Shown one piece after another: positions 27,283-44,000 of a stretch of DNA of 64,000 bases. Position 1 is the stretch's first letter. Each line of letters opens with the position of its first letter. Origin of the DNA: the human T2T-CHM13v2.0 reference genome, Homo sapiens; assembly GCF_009914755.1 (NCBI RefSeq), contig NC_060932.1. One strand, 5' to 3'. Made by a program: the position numbers and the translations under genes. Below the pieces are notes generated by a model that saw only the letters and a program-made list of their open reading frames with translations, did not search any database and was not told the DNA's origin.

Positions 27283-28308
27283 CAAAAATATACTTTTAAA
27301 TTAAGAGAACTGTACTCATATCAAGGGGAAAAAATAATTATTTGAAGTTACATTATTTTTTAGAATGTATGTAAGTATTGAATCCAGGTGTCCTGGTTGG
27401 CTCTCCTATTGCCTAGCTATGGGAACCTGAGCAGTGAAGAGCTTCACTCGTCCCAGGTTGCTGTGAAGACTGATACAGATGAAGTGCCTGGCAGCAGAAG
27501 GTGTTCCACAATTGCCAGTAGTTTATTTCTTCTTCAACAAATCCATCCCTCTCTACCCTCTTGGGCCATGAATTCTGAGTATCAAAATTCTCTCTCCCCA
27601 TATCTAAAGATCAGTGATTTGGGGGAAATTTGTTTTTAATTTGATTCTATACAGCACTTTTTTTCTTTGCTAGTGCCATAAATATTTAAAGTTTTCTTCT
27701 GAAATTCTTTACAGCTTCTGAAAATACACGATAATAAATGCTTTGAAGGTAGCTTAATCTTTTACTAGTAGTTCCTCCATCAGCTTGCCTTTCACATTGT
27801 GTTGTTTTCCTTTGGAGTTGTTTGGTTTGTTCTACTTGTTCAGGCAACAAACAACCTCAATGTTTTATTCGAATGCACTCTGACATTTCAATTTGCCCCC
27901 AAGTTCTGTGTAGTAATGCTTTCTGACCGTACCATTTCTTACTTTAGAAGCATTTGGAATTAAACTACCAATTATTTGAGATGTCTACTAATATACTATG
28001 TGAATATCTGTGTATAAATTTACTATATTTAGACACAAAGTATCTCTCTGTGTATAGATATTCTATGAATAGGTCTATAATCTGTATAGATATTCAACAA
28101 AGACCAAATGCCTAGGTTTGACTACGAAAAAAATTCCCTGGGTGACTGAAGTGTTCTTTATGGATTAATTACTACTAGTGAAGTGTTCCTTATGGATTAG
28201 TTACTGTTTGGTTTGGAGTTAATCACAGGGGCCTATGCTTCTTCCTGACTTGTTGATGGCAGAAAATCTAAGTACATTTAGCAATAGTTCAAAAACTATT
28301 GTTTGTTC

Positions 28309-28740
28309 TGATAAAAGAAAAACTTCAGCTGAATTAAATTTAAAAGAGTTAAACTGAGCAATGAACCATTCGCGAATCAGGTAGCCCCCAGAATCACAGC
28401 ATATTCACAGAGACTCCAGCGCAGCCACATGGTGAAAGAAGATTTATAGACCATAGAAGGGAAATGACACACAGAAATCAGCAGTGAGGTACAGAAAAAG
28501 CTGGATTGGTTACAGGTTGGTATTTGCCTTATTGGAACACAGTTTGAACACTTAGCAGTCTATGAGTAGTTAAAGTATGGCTGCTGGGATTGGCCAAGAT
28601 TCAGTTATTGTTACAGGTGCATACTACTATGTTAGGTTTTCAGTCTTGTCTGACTGTTAAGCTAGGTTAAAGTTCATTCACAAGGACCCAAATATAGAAG
28701 TACAGAGTCCTTCTCAGGCCATATGTAGTCTGTTTTAACA
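28309..28740 (-). repeat. 3' LTR (MER57-like)
   Basis: Minus strand begins TGTTAAAACAGACTACATATGGCCTGAGAAGGACTCTGTACTTCTATATTTG and is preceded by the PPT AAAGGGGGAAAT. Confidence 0.88.
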
Positions 28741-30426
28741 ATTTCCCCCTTTTGGTCATTTTCCCAATTTTGAGAGCTTGACCAAAACTTTAGTCATTGA
28801 TGTCACTATCACCATCGTAAACGTACTTATATGGTCTTGAAACCCACTGGCAAACAGTAGAACAGTGGGTTTTGCAAGGAGGGAACAAGGACTGAGTAGA
28901 GGGTATCTCTTTATCCTGGAACATTCTGTTTACAGGAGAAAAAACCTGGCCTATTCTAGGATCTAAGTGTTTCCTTAAAGTCTTAGTTTGATTATGTCAC
29001 ATTTAGTATGAGTGACTCCATTTTAATTTGGTTTGGTCTGTTGGGGCCTAGTGAATGAGCTCAGTCCAAAATAATGGTCTCCCATCATTTTGTTTAAAAA
29101 AAAAATTCCCCCTTTTGGCCAGGTTCTCACTTAGTTGAGAGTATGACCAAAACATAGGGCCTTAGCACCACTCTCAGTTACCATCATTTTGAGTTTCCTT
29201 TCTTAGCATGTTATTCATGGGTTATGGTGCCCTCATGGTTGCATATTTCTTTCAGCTTTTGTGATTCCAGTTGAAGAGAGACCATTTGACTTTCTAGAGC
29301 TGGCTGCATGCAAACATTTAAAACCTATGAGAGAATACAGTGCACCAGGGAGACCATTATTATGACTGTTGGGAGGATAATACCAAGAGTGTGGAGTGTG
29401 CTTCTTATACAGGGTCCCCATAAACCAAACCACCTAAAATTAAATAGATTAAAGAATGAGCTACATAAAGAGTCTACTTGCTTGACTGAGTGGTCTTTTC
29501 ATTAATCCCCTACAACTGAAATTTTATAATCTGCATTGATGTATTTCTCCATAGGCCACAAGTGTCAGCAACTGCACAGGCACATTTGTGTTTAGACAAT
29601 TCTATTATTTAGCATAACTTTCACAAACAAATTTAAAGTCTGTTATGTAACCATAGCCTTTACTGTAGAATCTGCTATAGAGCCTATCATGAAGGATACA
29701 TTTCTAATTATTGCCTCTTTTCTTCTAAACAATGGAAAAGGACCTAACGAATGATGTCCTTCTAGAAGAGTTAAGGCCTTCTGGCAATGTTCTCTTTAAC
29801 CCATGATTTGGGGTAAGAGGAGTTTTGACTGGTTATGAGGCAATGTATGTACCATTAAAATTTCTCATCTACATTGGGCCTTCATGTTTTATCTGTCAAA
29901 GTATAAGGTTATTAATGTATGAGGTTGGCTGCAAAATCCTTTGCAAATAAAAGTATTCCCTATAAGTGCACATTTTTCACTTCTGTTGTTCATAGAAGAT
30001 AAACAAGAAAAAATATTCAAAGATAAGAGTCTCATGATAATAGAAGTCTTGATCCATGACTTGGGAAATGCTGTTCACATCAAGGATGTCATCTTTTCTT
30101 GGGAGATACCATCCTGGTTAGTTTTACCTTAAGGTTTACAATGGATATACAGTTCCAAGAGTATAAAGAGATCTTTGTCAGTTGTGAGATTATGAATCCA
30201 AGGTTCAAGGTTCTGAAGTTTTGCTGTAGTGTGAATGGCAAGGACAGTCTTTCTATGATGTTCTCATAAGAGCCAATCTTCGGGTTCTCGATTGTGAAGG
30301 GGTTGTCCTCAGTGAACCATAAAAAGCTTTCTTTACCTGGTGAAAATATACTGTAACATAATAATCTACTGTTATAACATCAACACTCTTGCATGGGAAA
30401 GCTTTTATACAATCAGAAAACATTCA

Positions 30427-30868
<442 letters not shown>

Positions 30869-31779
30869 CTATTTCTGCAATTTATAAGTCACCTCATCAA
30901 TATATTCAAATTGGATCATTTTATATTTTCCATGATAAGTCATGGAATGCAGAACCTTTAATAGCAGAAGCTTTAAGGACTCAGGAAGGACAAGGCAGCC
31001 ATCCTGGTTCTCCGTGAGTCCATGCTTAACATTGGATTTATGTCCTCTTGAATACCAGTTGATTCTCCAATTTAGGTATATAGCACTGATAACTAAGGGG
31101 TTATCACAGGTAATTTGACTTAGACTGTGGAGTTCAAATTGTACACCTAAACAATTTCAGTATCAGCTGGTTTAACATGAATATCTGGAAAAGTATTTTC
31201 TTGGTATTTAATTAATATTTGTTCTACTTGGGTTAGCATTTTTATACAAGGAAATTTGGTTACTTCTATGGTGTACAATAACATAATAACGTTAATTATG
31301 ATTGACAGCATATACTCAGACATATTAGAATTTTAGAAATCCCATACAATTTTGAAACATATCTTAATATCATTCACTAAAATATAACCTGAAGATTAAA
31401 CATTATTTTTATGTTGACAATGCTTCCCATGTAACTTAACTTGTTAAAGAATTCTGTTTACCTGTCTTTGGGATGCTTTAAGTGCCCTCTGTATCATCCC
31501 AAAGTTAGAGATCAGAAAAGACCATTTTGAAGCTTAAATTTGATTTTGGGAGGCCTATTAAATATGTTAAATGTTTAAAACACTTGATATTGTAAACTAG
31601 AATTCCAGGTTACCATAAGGCATTCATTTAGCCAAAATGATGACTCAAAAATTTTTTAAAAGGCAAAAACCTTTACTCATTGATAAAGGGAAGACTTAGA
31701 TTTGCAAGCAGTCTGTATTTTGTCTTTCCCTTCTTTATTTGTGTGTGTAGTGTATTTAAAAGGCATACAAAAATTTTTA

Positions 31780-31946
31780 TTTTTTTTATTTTTTTTTTTT
31801 TAAGATGGAGTCTCACTGTCTGGCACAGGCTGGGGTGCAGTGGTATGATCTCGACTCACTGCAACCACTGCAACTCCTAATCTCAAGTGATCTGCCCTCC
31901 TCAGCCTCCCAAAGTGCTTTACAGGCATGAACAACCATGCCAGGCC
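31780..31946 (-). mobile_element. Monomer-length hybrid Alu inside the provirus
   Basis: Right-arm 3' end (GATGGAGTCTCACTGT...CTCACTGCAAC) fused to left-arm 5' end (CTCAAGTGATCTGCCCTCCTCAGCCTCCCAAAGTGCT), with TSD-like AAAATTTTT flanks. Confidence 0.8.
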
Positions 31947-34723
31947 AAAATTTTTCATTATCTTTTAATATTACATGAAAATCTTGTTGAAGAGAGAAAG
32001 CCAAATTTCACCCTTGCACTAGTGGACTATTAATGTCAACCCCAATTTTCAATAAACCTTGTATACAAATCTATCCAATCCTAATCAATTTGACGATAAG
32101 GTGAGATTTTTATAAACCTTTTATAACCCTTTACAAATTTTTGTTAAAGAGAAAACTTGTGCTTTAAGAAAACCCTGTTGTGCTTTTATTTACATGTCCA
32201 ATTTACTGAAAAACAAATAATATCCCTTTAGTGAATATTTTCACGCAGAGTGTTTTTACAAGGTTAATTTTTATATACCTTCCACAACTTGTTTAAACCT
32301 TTAGTTTATTTAATTTAAAACAATCCTTTAACCTAAACTAAGCAAAAATTTACATTCTCATACCTTCTAATAATCTCTTACCAAAACACATTTCATTCTC
32401 CTTACACACCTTGTATGTAAACCTATTTTTTCAGTAGTCTCAATTACATGTTATAGTGGTAATTTTTAACAATTTTCACTTTTGGTGCATAAATTTTCTT
32501 TTATAAATCCTTTCACAACTTATACAGGCTATCTACGACATCCTTGGACTTTCTGACTTGTCCTAAACATCCCTCTTTTTAAATAACCCGTCACTTTAGG
32601 ACAAGAATTTACCATGAATTATATGAATTATCTTTTCTTTATAACTTTCTTTGCATAGCAAGGAAGCATGGCTAATTCCACATATCCCTAGGCCTTATTT
32701 AGAATTTAATGTCTCCAAAATAAATTGAACAATTTTCAAAAGTTAAAGCAGTTTATGACCTTAAAGCATTTAGCAAACCTAATATCTGACCTGCATAAGT
32801 TAGACCAAATGTTTTTATTTTACTAATAATCTTTAAAGCTGTTCTTATTTCCCAAAGGTTACTAAAGTTACAACTAAAAGGCATTACTGTTTTTATTTCA
32901 CTTTCAAAATATTTGATTTAAGTGCTTATTTTTGTTTAAGCCAATTAATTAGCACTTTTTTATATAAACATTACATACACAACACACATGTAACTACACA
33001 GACAGACAGAACGAGATTACTACAATAGTTGTAAGATTTTTCATTTGCCTGTTTTTAAGTTTCTTAATTGGTTATTGGCTTTGGGGTGGGGTCCTTGGAA
33101 GAACAGAGCCAGGAAAGGCTCTCTGGTGCCTCCTGTTTTTCCTAAGGAGTCCAGACTGTGAGAGTTTGAATAACCGCTTTTAATTAAGCTGAGTTTTAAC
33201 CACAGGACTCTTTAATAAAGTCCTTTTAAAATTTAGTATTACCTGACTTTAGATAGGCCAAATGGCTGATATTTCTCACTTTTGAACTTTACGAAAGGTA
33301 ACCTTCCAGGTGCTCAGAGAAAGGAAAATTTAAGACAGTCCGTGGTCAAGAAGAGAATCGACAAGGATACACAGACATTAAACCAGAAAAGACTCATTTT
33401 TTAAGCTGAGAATCAAACCTCGACTGCCACTGTGAAAGGGAAAAAATCTTAGCTACTGAGCTACAGCACAGGCTGGTCTAAATTGCCATTGCCAGTTGGA
33501 GTCTGTAGTAGTTAATTTTGAGATTGCAAAGGCTTTTAACTACTCCAGATAATTTTTAGAGCTAATTATGACCTGAACCCTAAAATTCCTGTACCCTGGA
33601 AGGCAGAGACCAAGAGAAAGTACCCCCATGTGGTTACAAGGTTAAGCTCTCAAAGACATAAAACAAGATGGAGACCTCATCAGTTTTTTTGTTTATTTCA
33701 GGGACCTGCAGCAAAGTTTGTTAGTGACCATCTTGCTGGGTCATCTTGAGCAGTGAGCTTATGGGGGCCTAAGCCCGTATTTTTTCCTAAGGTACTCCTG
33801 GACACAGAAAAACAAATTCATAGCACAAAATGCACCAGATTTATTACAGCTTAAGACTAGCCTCAGAATTCTTTTTTGCATTAATCAAAACTTTACAGGG
33901 GAGATAAAGTGATTTTTACGATTCATTCCACTGTTTTTGCACAGGGAGAGAAAAGCCAGAAATCTGACTGGTAAGAAACTCTTACCCTTTTGCCAGGATG
34001 CCAGGTTTCTGGGTTTTCTTTCCTTGAGCGGCCCTAGTGACCCAGCTCACCATACCATAGCCATGGAGGCCAACCCACAACACAGAAGAAAATCTTTTTC
34101 TTTTTTTTTCACTGTGTTGTTGTTCATTTGGAATGTTCTACTATAAGTTATCTTTAGTAAGATTTTGTCATTTCTGTAAGACTTTACTGCCTCCTAGGCC
34201 TAATGTATAAGCCAGAAGGAACTCAGTTTTCCAAAAATTGAGGATCCCATTTTTTATCTAAAATATTGGCTTTACTCTCAGGTTCTCTTCATTAACTTAG
34301 TCAATGATTTTTCCTACCTAAGCATGCAAGAAAAATGACACAAAGGGATAGAACACAAAAATCCCTGTGAATTTTTTAAAGCCAAATTTTATAACCCCTG
34401 CAATACTACTGCTTCCTACCAGTCCCTTTCTGACCCAGTCAGAGGTAAGAGACCTCTAACTAAATTCAAGACAGTTAATTCCCAAATACAATTTGTTCCC
34501 GGACCCAGTCCAGTTTCTATCATGACTTGCAAACCCAGTTTGGATGAGAAATGTGCTCAAAGAAACTCAGAGAGCTCAAAACACAAATCTGTGGAGCTCC
34601 AAAATCTGAAAGGGAGCTTACCCACGATCCCCAGCTGCTCTGAGAGATCAATGGACACAAATGGGTCCTGCAGGTACCTTGCGGGTTCAGTGCTCCTGGG
34701 GGTTGCTAGAAGCTTTACTTTGG

Positions 34724-34741
34724 ATCCCACTTCTGACACCA
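34724..34741 (-). promoter_or_regulatory. Retroviral primer-binding site complementary to tRNA-Leu(CAA)
   Basis: Plus strand ATCCCACTTCTGACACCA equals the 3'-terminal 18 nt (including CCA) of tRNA-Leu(CAA) as I recall it, and lies 2 nt from the 5' LTR. Confidence 0.85.
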
Positions 34742-34743
34742 TC

Positions 34744-35188
34744 TGTTAAAAGAAAAACTTCAGCTGAATTAAATTTAATGGAGTTTAATTGAGCAATGAA
34801 CCATTCATGAATCAAGCAGCCCCAGAATCACAGTGGATTCACAGAGACTCCAGCCCAGCCACATGGTGGAAGAAGTTTTATTTATAGACAAAAAAAAAAA
34901 AAAAAAGAGAAATGACATACATAAATCGGCAGTGAGGTACAGAAACAACTGGATTGGTTACGGGTTGGCATTTGCCTTATTTGAACAGAATTTGAACACT
35001 TAGCAGTCAATGGGTGGTTAAATTATGGCCATTGGGATTGGCCAAGACTCCGTTATTGTTACAGGTGCCTACTTCTAAGTTAGGTTTTCAGTCTTGTCTG
35101 ACTATTAAGCTAGGTTACAATTCATCCACAGGGACTCAAATATAGTAGTACAGAGTCCTTCTCAGGTCATATTTAGTTTGCTTTAACC
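34744..35188 (-). repeat. 5' LTR (MER57-like)
   Basis: Homologous to 28309-28740, adjacent to the PBS, and carrying an expanded internal A run at ~34889-34906. Confidence 0.88.
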
Positions 35189-35222
35189 GTTTCTAGTAAG
35201 TTCCTTATTAAAATGCAACATA

Positions 35223-35610
<388 letters not shown>

Positions 35611-35696
35611 TTAAAAACATAAGATTAAGTTTCAGGATAAGCTTTCCTCCTTTGATAGAATTACTTTCTAATTACAGGTTTCTTTTTCTTTTCTGA

Positions 35697-36005
35697 TGTG
35701 ATGTTTAATTTTATGTGTCAACTTGACTGAACTAAGAGATGCAGAGTTAGCTGGTGAATTGTTTTTTCTAGGTGTGTCTGTAAGGGTTATTTCAGAAGAG
35801 ATTAGCATTTAAATAAATAGACTGAGTAAAGAAGATCACCTTCACCAATGTGGGCAGCCAACATCCAATCTACTGATAATCTGAATAAAACAAAAAGGCA
35901 GAGAAAAGGTAAATTTGCTCTCTCTGTTTGAGCTAAGACATATATCTCCTGCCCTTCAGACATCAGTGCTCCTGGTTCTGTTTTTCTGGAGAACCTTGAC
36001 TAATA
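35697..36005 (+). mobile_element. MLT2 (ERVL) LTR, internally deleted
   Basis: TGTGATGTTTAATTTTATGTGTCAACTTGACTG...AGACTGAGTAAAGAAGATCACC...GGTTCTGTTTTTCTGGAGAACCTTGACTAATA. Confidence 0.8.
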
Positions 36006-37355
36006 TGCCTGCTTTGAAGAATTCCTAGTCTAAGGCAGGAATTATAAACTTTTAGCTTGGTTCTGCTACTTGAGATAAATTATTATGAAAATTTACCACT
36101 TAGGCATCCAAAAAATATAAACACTTTAAAAGATCCTTATCTGTTCTGTTAAGTGATTGTATTCTGGTATCTTCCTTATGATCAATTCACTTTTATAGAC
36201 AGTTTTAACATCTACTATGTGTTCATTTGGCGATTAATACAAAATAGTTTCTGTATTGGAGATAATGATGATGGAGTGGGAATGGGTAGAAATGCATCTG
36301 ATAGCTTCAGTTGAATGCTATGAATAGAGTGACTAAAGTAAGCAAAGTTCATTGTGGGCACAAGAAGTTGGAGCAGCAGACCCAGATTAGAGAGCTGAGG
36401 AGAGACTTCCTAGGGTTAGTGGAGCTCCTTTTATATGTGTTCCTTGTAAGATGTCACCTGGAAAGAATGATCAAAATTGTGATGGTATTATATATAGTGG
36501 TTTCAACCTTGATGATCATTCTTCCAATTAAAAATAATGTTTATATTTACTTTAGTGTCCTTGTCAACTATGATGACTACAATTTATTTCTCCTTATAAG
36601 CTTGTCATTTGTGTGAAAACCATGCATATTTGTATATAATAATACTAGCAGTTGAAACTTTTTTCTATTTTTAAGCTTTTTTTCAGATAATTTTTAAATG
36701 AATTGTTTTTGCCCACCTTTAGAACTTGGTATGCATAATTTGAATTGGGCAACATGTATAGCTAGTTGAATACATTATTCAAAATCAGGACATGCTGGCT
36801 GGCTTTGGTTCCTTAAAGAGGTGACTAAGATGTTACTCAGCCAACATGTAAATAAATACACACAGTCACAAACAAAATTGTTTTCAGTAAAATTAGGTAA
36901 GTAATTGTTTTTTTCAAAGCGTTTACATTATATTCACATAGAATAGTATGACATCCAACGAACACAGTTCTGTTATTCTTCTATTATTAGTAGAAAATAA
37001 ACCAAAAATTATTTAGAGCAGGACCATGGAATTTTACCAAGGCAAACAAAATTCCTAACCTTTGGTACTTTACTCCTAAAAGAGCTTAATGGATAATATA
37101 TTTTACTTATACTCAACATATAAATATAACAAGCCTGGAAATGGAATTTCCAAGGCCAAAGAAAATTAAATGTAAAACATTAGCAGGCAACAGAGAAGAT
37201 ATAATAAGAGGAAATTAATCAATTTTTAAAAATCTAATACTATAATTTTTAAGGTACTTTACAGTTCACAAATATCAAATCTTATTATACTCTTTTATAC
37301 CATATATTACATAAAATATCACTGTTACTTTATGTTGAGTATTAAAAAGTATTTT

Positions 37356-38853
37356 ATTTTATTTTTTTATTATACTTTAAGTTTTAGGGTACATGTGCAC
37401 AACGTGCAGGTTTGTTACATATGTATACATGTGCCATGTTGGTGTGCTGCACCCATTAACTCGTCATTTAACATTAGGTATATCTCTTAATGCTATCCCT
37501 CCCCTCTCCCCCCACCCCACAACAGGCCCCGGAGTGTGATGTTCCCCTTCCTGTGTCCATGTGTTCTCTTTGTTCAATTCCCACCTATGAGTGAGAACAT
37601 GTGGTGTTTGGTTTTTTTGTCCTTGCGATAGTTTGCTGAGAACGATGGTTTCCAGCTTCATCCATGTCCCTACAAAGGACATGAACTCATCATTTTTTAT
37701 GGCTGCATAGTATTCCATGGTGTATATGTGCCACATTTTCTTAATCCAGTCTATCATTGTTGGACATTTGGGTTTGTTCCAAGTCTTTGCTATTGTGAAT
37801 AGTGCCACAATAAACATACATGTGCGTGTGTCTTTATAGTAGCATGATTTATAATCCTTTGGGTATATACCCAGTAATGGGATGGCTGGGTCAAATAGTA
37901 TTTCTAGTTCTAGATGCCTGAGGAATCACCACACTGTCTTCCACAATGGTTGAACTAGTTTACAGTCCCACCAACAGTGTAAAAGCGTTCCTATTTCTCC
38001 ACATCCTCTCCAGCACTTGTTGTTTCCTGACTTTTTAGTGATCGCCATTCTAACTGGTGTGAGATGATATCTCATTGTGGTTTTGATTTTCATTCCTCTG
38101 ATGACTAGTGATGATGAGCATTTTTTTCCTGTGTCTGTCAGCTGCATAAATGTCTTCTTTTGAGAAGTGTCTGTTCATATCCTTCGCCCACTTGTTGATG
38201 GGGTTGTTTGTTTTTTTCTTGTAAATTTGTTTAAGTTCTTTGTAGATTTTGGATATTAGCCCTTTGTCAGATGAGTAGATTGCAAAAATTTTCTCCCATT
38301 TTGTAGGTTGCCTGTTTACTCTGATGGTAGTTTCTTTTGCTGTGCAGAAGCTCTTTAGCTTAATTAGATCCCCTTTGTCAATTTTGGCTTTTGTTGCCAT
38401 TGCTTTTGGTATCTTAGTCATGAAGTCCTTGCCCATGCCTATGTCCTGAATGGTATTGCCTAGGTTTTCTTCTAGGGTTTTTATGGTTTTAGGTCTAACA
38501 TGTGAGTCTTTAATCTGTCTTGAATTAATTTTTGTATAAGGTGTAAGGAAGGGATCCAGTTTCAGCTTTCTACATATGGCTAGCCAGTTTTCCCAGCACC
38601 ATTTATTAAATAGGGAATCCTTTCCCCATTGCTTGTTTTTCTCAGGTTTGTCAAAGATCAGATAGTTGTAGATATGCGGCGTTATTTCTGAGGGCTCTGT
38701 TCTGTCCCACTGGTCTATATCTCTGTTTTGGTACCAGTACCATGCTGTTTTGGTTACTGTAGCCTTGTAGTGTAGTTTGAAGTCAGATAGCGTGATGCCT
38801 CCAGCTTTGTTCTTTTGGCTTAGGATTGACTTGGCAATATGGGCTGTTTTTTG
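37356..38853 (-). mobile_element. 5'-truncated L1PA (L1PA4/5-like), ~1.5 kb
   Basis: Frameshifted ORF2 C-terminal fragments (ORFs 38050..38436, 37926..38147, 37464..37817), 3'UTR and T-rich tail. TSD TTAAAAAGTATTTT at 37342-37355 and 38862-38875. Confidence 0.93.
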
Positions 38854-38989
38854 CTTAAATGTTAAAAAGTATTTTTCACATAAGATAATGGGATAATAAT
38901 TTTATACTTTTTAAAAAATTAAAGTAAATAATAGGAATTATCTGGGGACTTGATCAAATGAATGAAACTCTAGATTTGAGGATGGCAGT

Positions 38990-39200
38990 TTCAATCTTTG
39001 AGCTAAATCGAGGCTGCAGTCTCTTTTTCTTAATAAAGTTTTTATGGAACACAGCCACATCCATTCACTATATATCATTTATGACTGCTTTCTGCTAAAA
39101 CAGCAGAGTAGAATAATTGTGACAGAAACTATATGGTCTGCAAAACTGAAAATATGTACTATATTGTCTATTACAGAAGAAGTTTGCTAATCACCTCTCT
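38990..39200. mobile_element. MER58A-like hAT MITE
   Basis: AATAAAGTTTTTATGGAACACAGCCAC...CAGCAGAGTAGAATAATTGTGACAGAAAC...TACAGAAGAAGTTTGC. Confidence 0.75.
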
Positions 39201-39399
39201 AAATGGAAACTACTGAAGAAATGAGTAAAATATTAGAAAACATTCTTGTAAACACATTGTTGATTTGGCAATAAAACAAAAAATTCCCAGAAACTTAGGT
39301 AATAATCAGTTGGATAATATCATTAATTAAAAGATTCTATTTAAGTAGCTATACAAAAGATTGAGCACTTAAGAAAAATATAGTACACTGTAAGCCAGT

Positions 39400-41060
<1,661 letters not shown>

Positions 41061-41299
41061 ATTAACATGGTTGCATATGCTACCTTTATCTAAATGGGAG
41101 AAATTTGGTTTCTTTATCCAGATAGTGGGCCCAAAGTAATTCATTTTATCATTATTTTTCAATGGATATATGATTATAAAAGTAGAGCATATAGTTAAGA
41201 AACTTAATCTCTTTAATGAATATGGAGCAAAAATAAAATTCAAAGTGTTTATTTTAACTATACACAAAAATTGTTTAATTTAGTCTGCTAGTATTTTTG

Positions 41300-44000
41300 T
41301 TTAGTTGTATTCTGTTTGCTTATATGTTTTAGGGTCTGGCGATACACATGTAGGTTTAACACAGGCAAATTGCGTGTTGCTGAGTCTTGGTGTATGAATG
41401 GTCCCATCACCCAGGTAGTGAGCACAGTACACAACAGGTAGCCTTCCAACCCACACCCTCCTCCTACCCACTCAAGCAGTCCCCAGGGTCTATCAGTCCC
41501 ATATTTGTGTCCATGTGTATTCAATGTTTAGCTCCCACTTATGAGGAAGAACATAAAGTATTTGGTTTTCTGTTTCTTCATTAATTTACTTAGATAATGG
41601 CCTACAGATCCATTCATGTTGCTGCAAAGGACATGATTTTGTTCTTTTGTATGGTTTTGTGTTAGTTCATGGTGTATATGTACCACATTTTCTTTATCCA
41701 GTCCACCATGATGGGCATCTTGGTTGATTCCATGTCTTTGCTATTATGAATAGTACTGTGATTAACATATGAGTACATGTGTCTTTTTGGTAGAATAATT
41801 TATTTTCCTTTGGGTATATACCCAGTAGTGGGATGGTTGGGTTGAATAGTGGTTCTGTTTTAAGTTCATTGAGGAATCCCTACACTGCTCACCACAGTGG
41901 CTAATTTACATTCCCACCAGCATTGTGGGAATGTAACCTCACCAACATCTGTTGTTTTATGACTTTTTAATAATAGCCATTTTGACTGGTGTGAGATGGT
42001 ATTTCATTGTGATTTTTATTTGCATTTCTCTAATAATTAGTAATGAGCATTTTAAAATATATTCACTGGTCACATGTATGTCTTCTTTTGAGAAGTGTCT
42101 GTTCATGTCCTTTGCCCATTTTTAATGGGGTTTTTGCATGTTGAATTATTTAAGTTGCATATAGGTTCTGGATATTAGATCTTTGTCATATGCATAGCTT
42201 ATGAATATTTTCTCACATTCTGTATGTTGTCAGTTTACTCCGTTTATAGTTTCTTTTGTTGTGTAGAAGCTCTTTAGCTTAATTAGGTCCTACTTGTCAA
42301 GTTTTGTTTTTGTTGCAATTACCTTTGGGGACTTAGTTATAAATTATTTGCCATGGCTGATATCCAGAATGATATTTTCTAGGTTGTCCTCTAGGGTTTG
42401 TATTGTTTTAGGTTTTACATTTAAGTCTTTAATCCACCTTGAGTTAATTTTTGTATATTGTAAAAGAAATGGGTCCAGTTTCCATTTTCTTCATATGACT
42501 AGTCAGTTATCCCAGCACCATTTACTGAATAGGCAGTCCTTTCCCTATAGTTTGTTATTGTCAACTCTGTTAAGGATGGTGGCTGTAGGTATATGGCTTT
42601 ATTTCTGCATTTTCTATCCTGTTCCATTGGTCTATGTATCTTCTTTTGTACTAGTACTATGCTGTTTTGGTTACTATAGCCTTATAGTATATTTTGAAGT
42701 TAGATAATGTGATGCCTCCAGCTTCGTTCTTTTTGCTTAAAATTTGTTTGGCAATTCAAGCTATTTTTTGGTTCCATATGAATTTTGTAATTGTTTTTTC
42801 TAATTCTGTGAAAAAATGATGTTGGTAGTTTCATAGGAATAGCATTGACTATAATTGCTTTGGGCCGTATGGCCATTTTAACAATATTTATTCTTGCTAT
42901 CCACGAGCATGGAATATTTTTCCATTTGTTTGTGTCATCTATGATTTCTTTCGGCAGTATTTTGTAATTCTCATTGTGAAGATCTTTTACCCCCTTCATA
43001 AGCTGCATTCCTATGTGTTTTACTCCTTTGTGGCTATTGTAAATGGAATTGCTTTCCCCAGACTGAACTGGAAGAAACTGAAATCCTGAACAGACCAATA
43101 ACCAGTTCCAAAATTGAATCAGCAATAAAAAACCTACTAACCAAAAATAGTCCTGGACCAGATGGATTCATAATTGAATTCTACCAGACATATAAAGTAG
43201 AGCTAGTACCATTCCTAGTGAAATTATTCCACAAAATCAAGGAGGAGGAACTTCCTGATTGTATGAAGCCAGCATCATTTTGATGCCAAATCCTGGCAGA
43301 GCTATAATGAATAAAGAAAACTTCAGGCCAATATTTCTGATGAAATAGATACAAAGATCCTCAACAAAAATACTAGCAAATTGAATCCAGCAGCACATAT
43401 AAAAGTTAATTCACCACAATCAACTAGGCTTTTATTCCTGGGGTACAAGACTATCTCAACATACACAAATCAATAAATGTGATTTGCCACATAAATAGAA
43501 TTAATAACAAAAACCACATGATCATCTCAATAGATGCAGAGAAAGCTTTTGATAAAATTCAACATTTCTTCATGTGAAAAACCTTCAAGAAGCATTTATG
43601 AGGAATTTAAACAAATTTACAAGGAAAAACAAACAACCTCATTAAAAAGTAGGCAAAGGACATAAACAGACACTTTTCAAAAGAAGACATATATGTGGCC
43701 AACGAGCATATGAAAAAAAACTCAACATTACTAATCATTAGAGAAATGCAGATCAAAACCACAATGAGATACCATCTCACGCCAGTCAGAATAGCTATTA
43801 TTAAAAGTCAAAAAATAACAGATTCTGGCAAGATTGTGAGAAAAATGGAACACTTATACATTTTTGGTTGGGAGTGTAAATTAGTTCAACCATTGTGGAA
43901 AGCAGTGTGGTGATTCCTCAAAGAGCTAAAAACTGAACTACCATTCAACCCAGCAATCCCATTACTGGGTATATAACCAAATAAATATAAATCATCCTAT
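41300..44000 (-). mobile_element. Older L1PA/L1PB element, rearranged: minus 3' part ~41300-43052, plus ORF2 piece ~43053-43590, second plus piece ~43590-44000
   Basis: Minus ORF 42700..43125 ([24 protein letters not shown]), plus-strand RT N-terminal sequence (CCAGACTGAAC...ATCTCAATAGATGCAGAGAAAGC), and plus ORF 43695..43913 ([18 protein letters not shown]). Confidence 0.8.

Noticed and set aside
34724-34741. tRNA-Leu gene
   Set aside because: Only the 3' 18 nt, including encoded CCA, are present next to an LTR, with no A box or cloverleaf. It is a primer-binding site.
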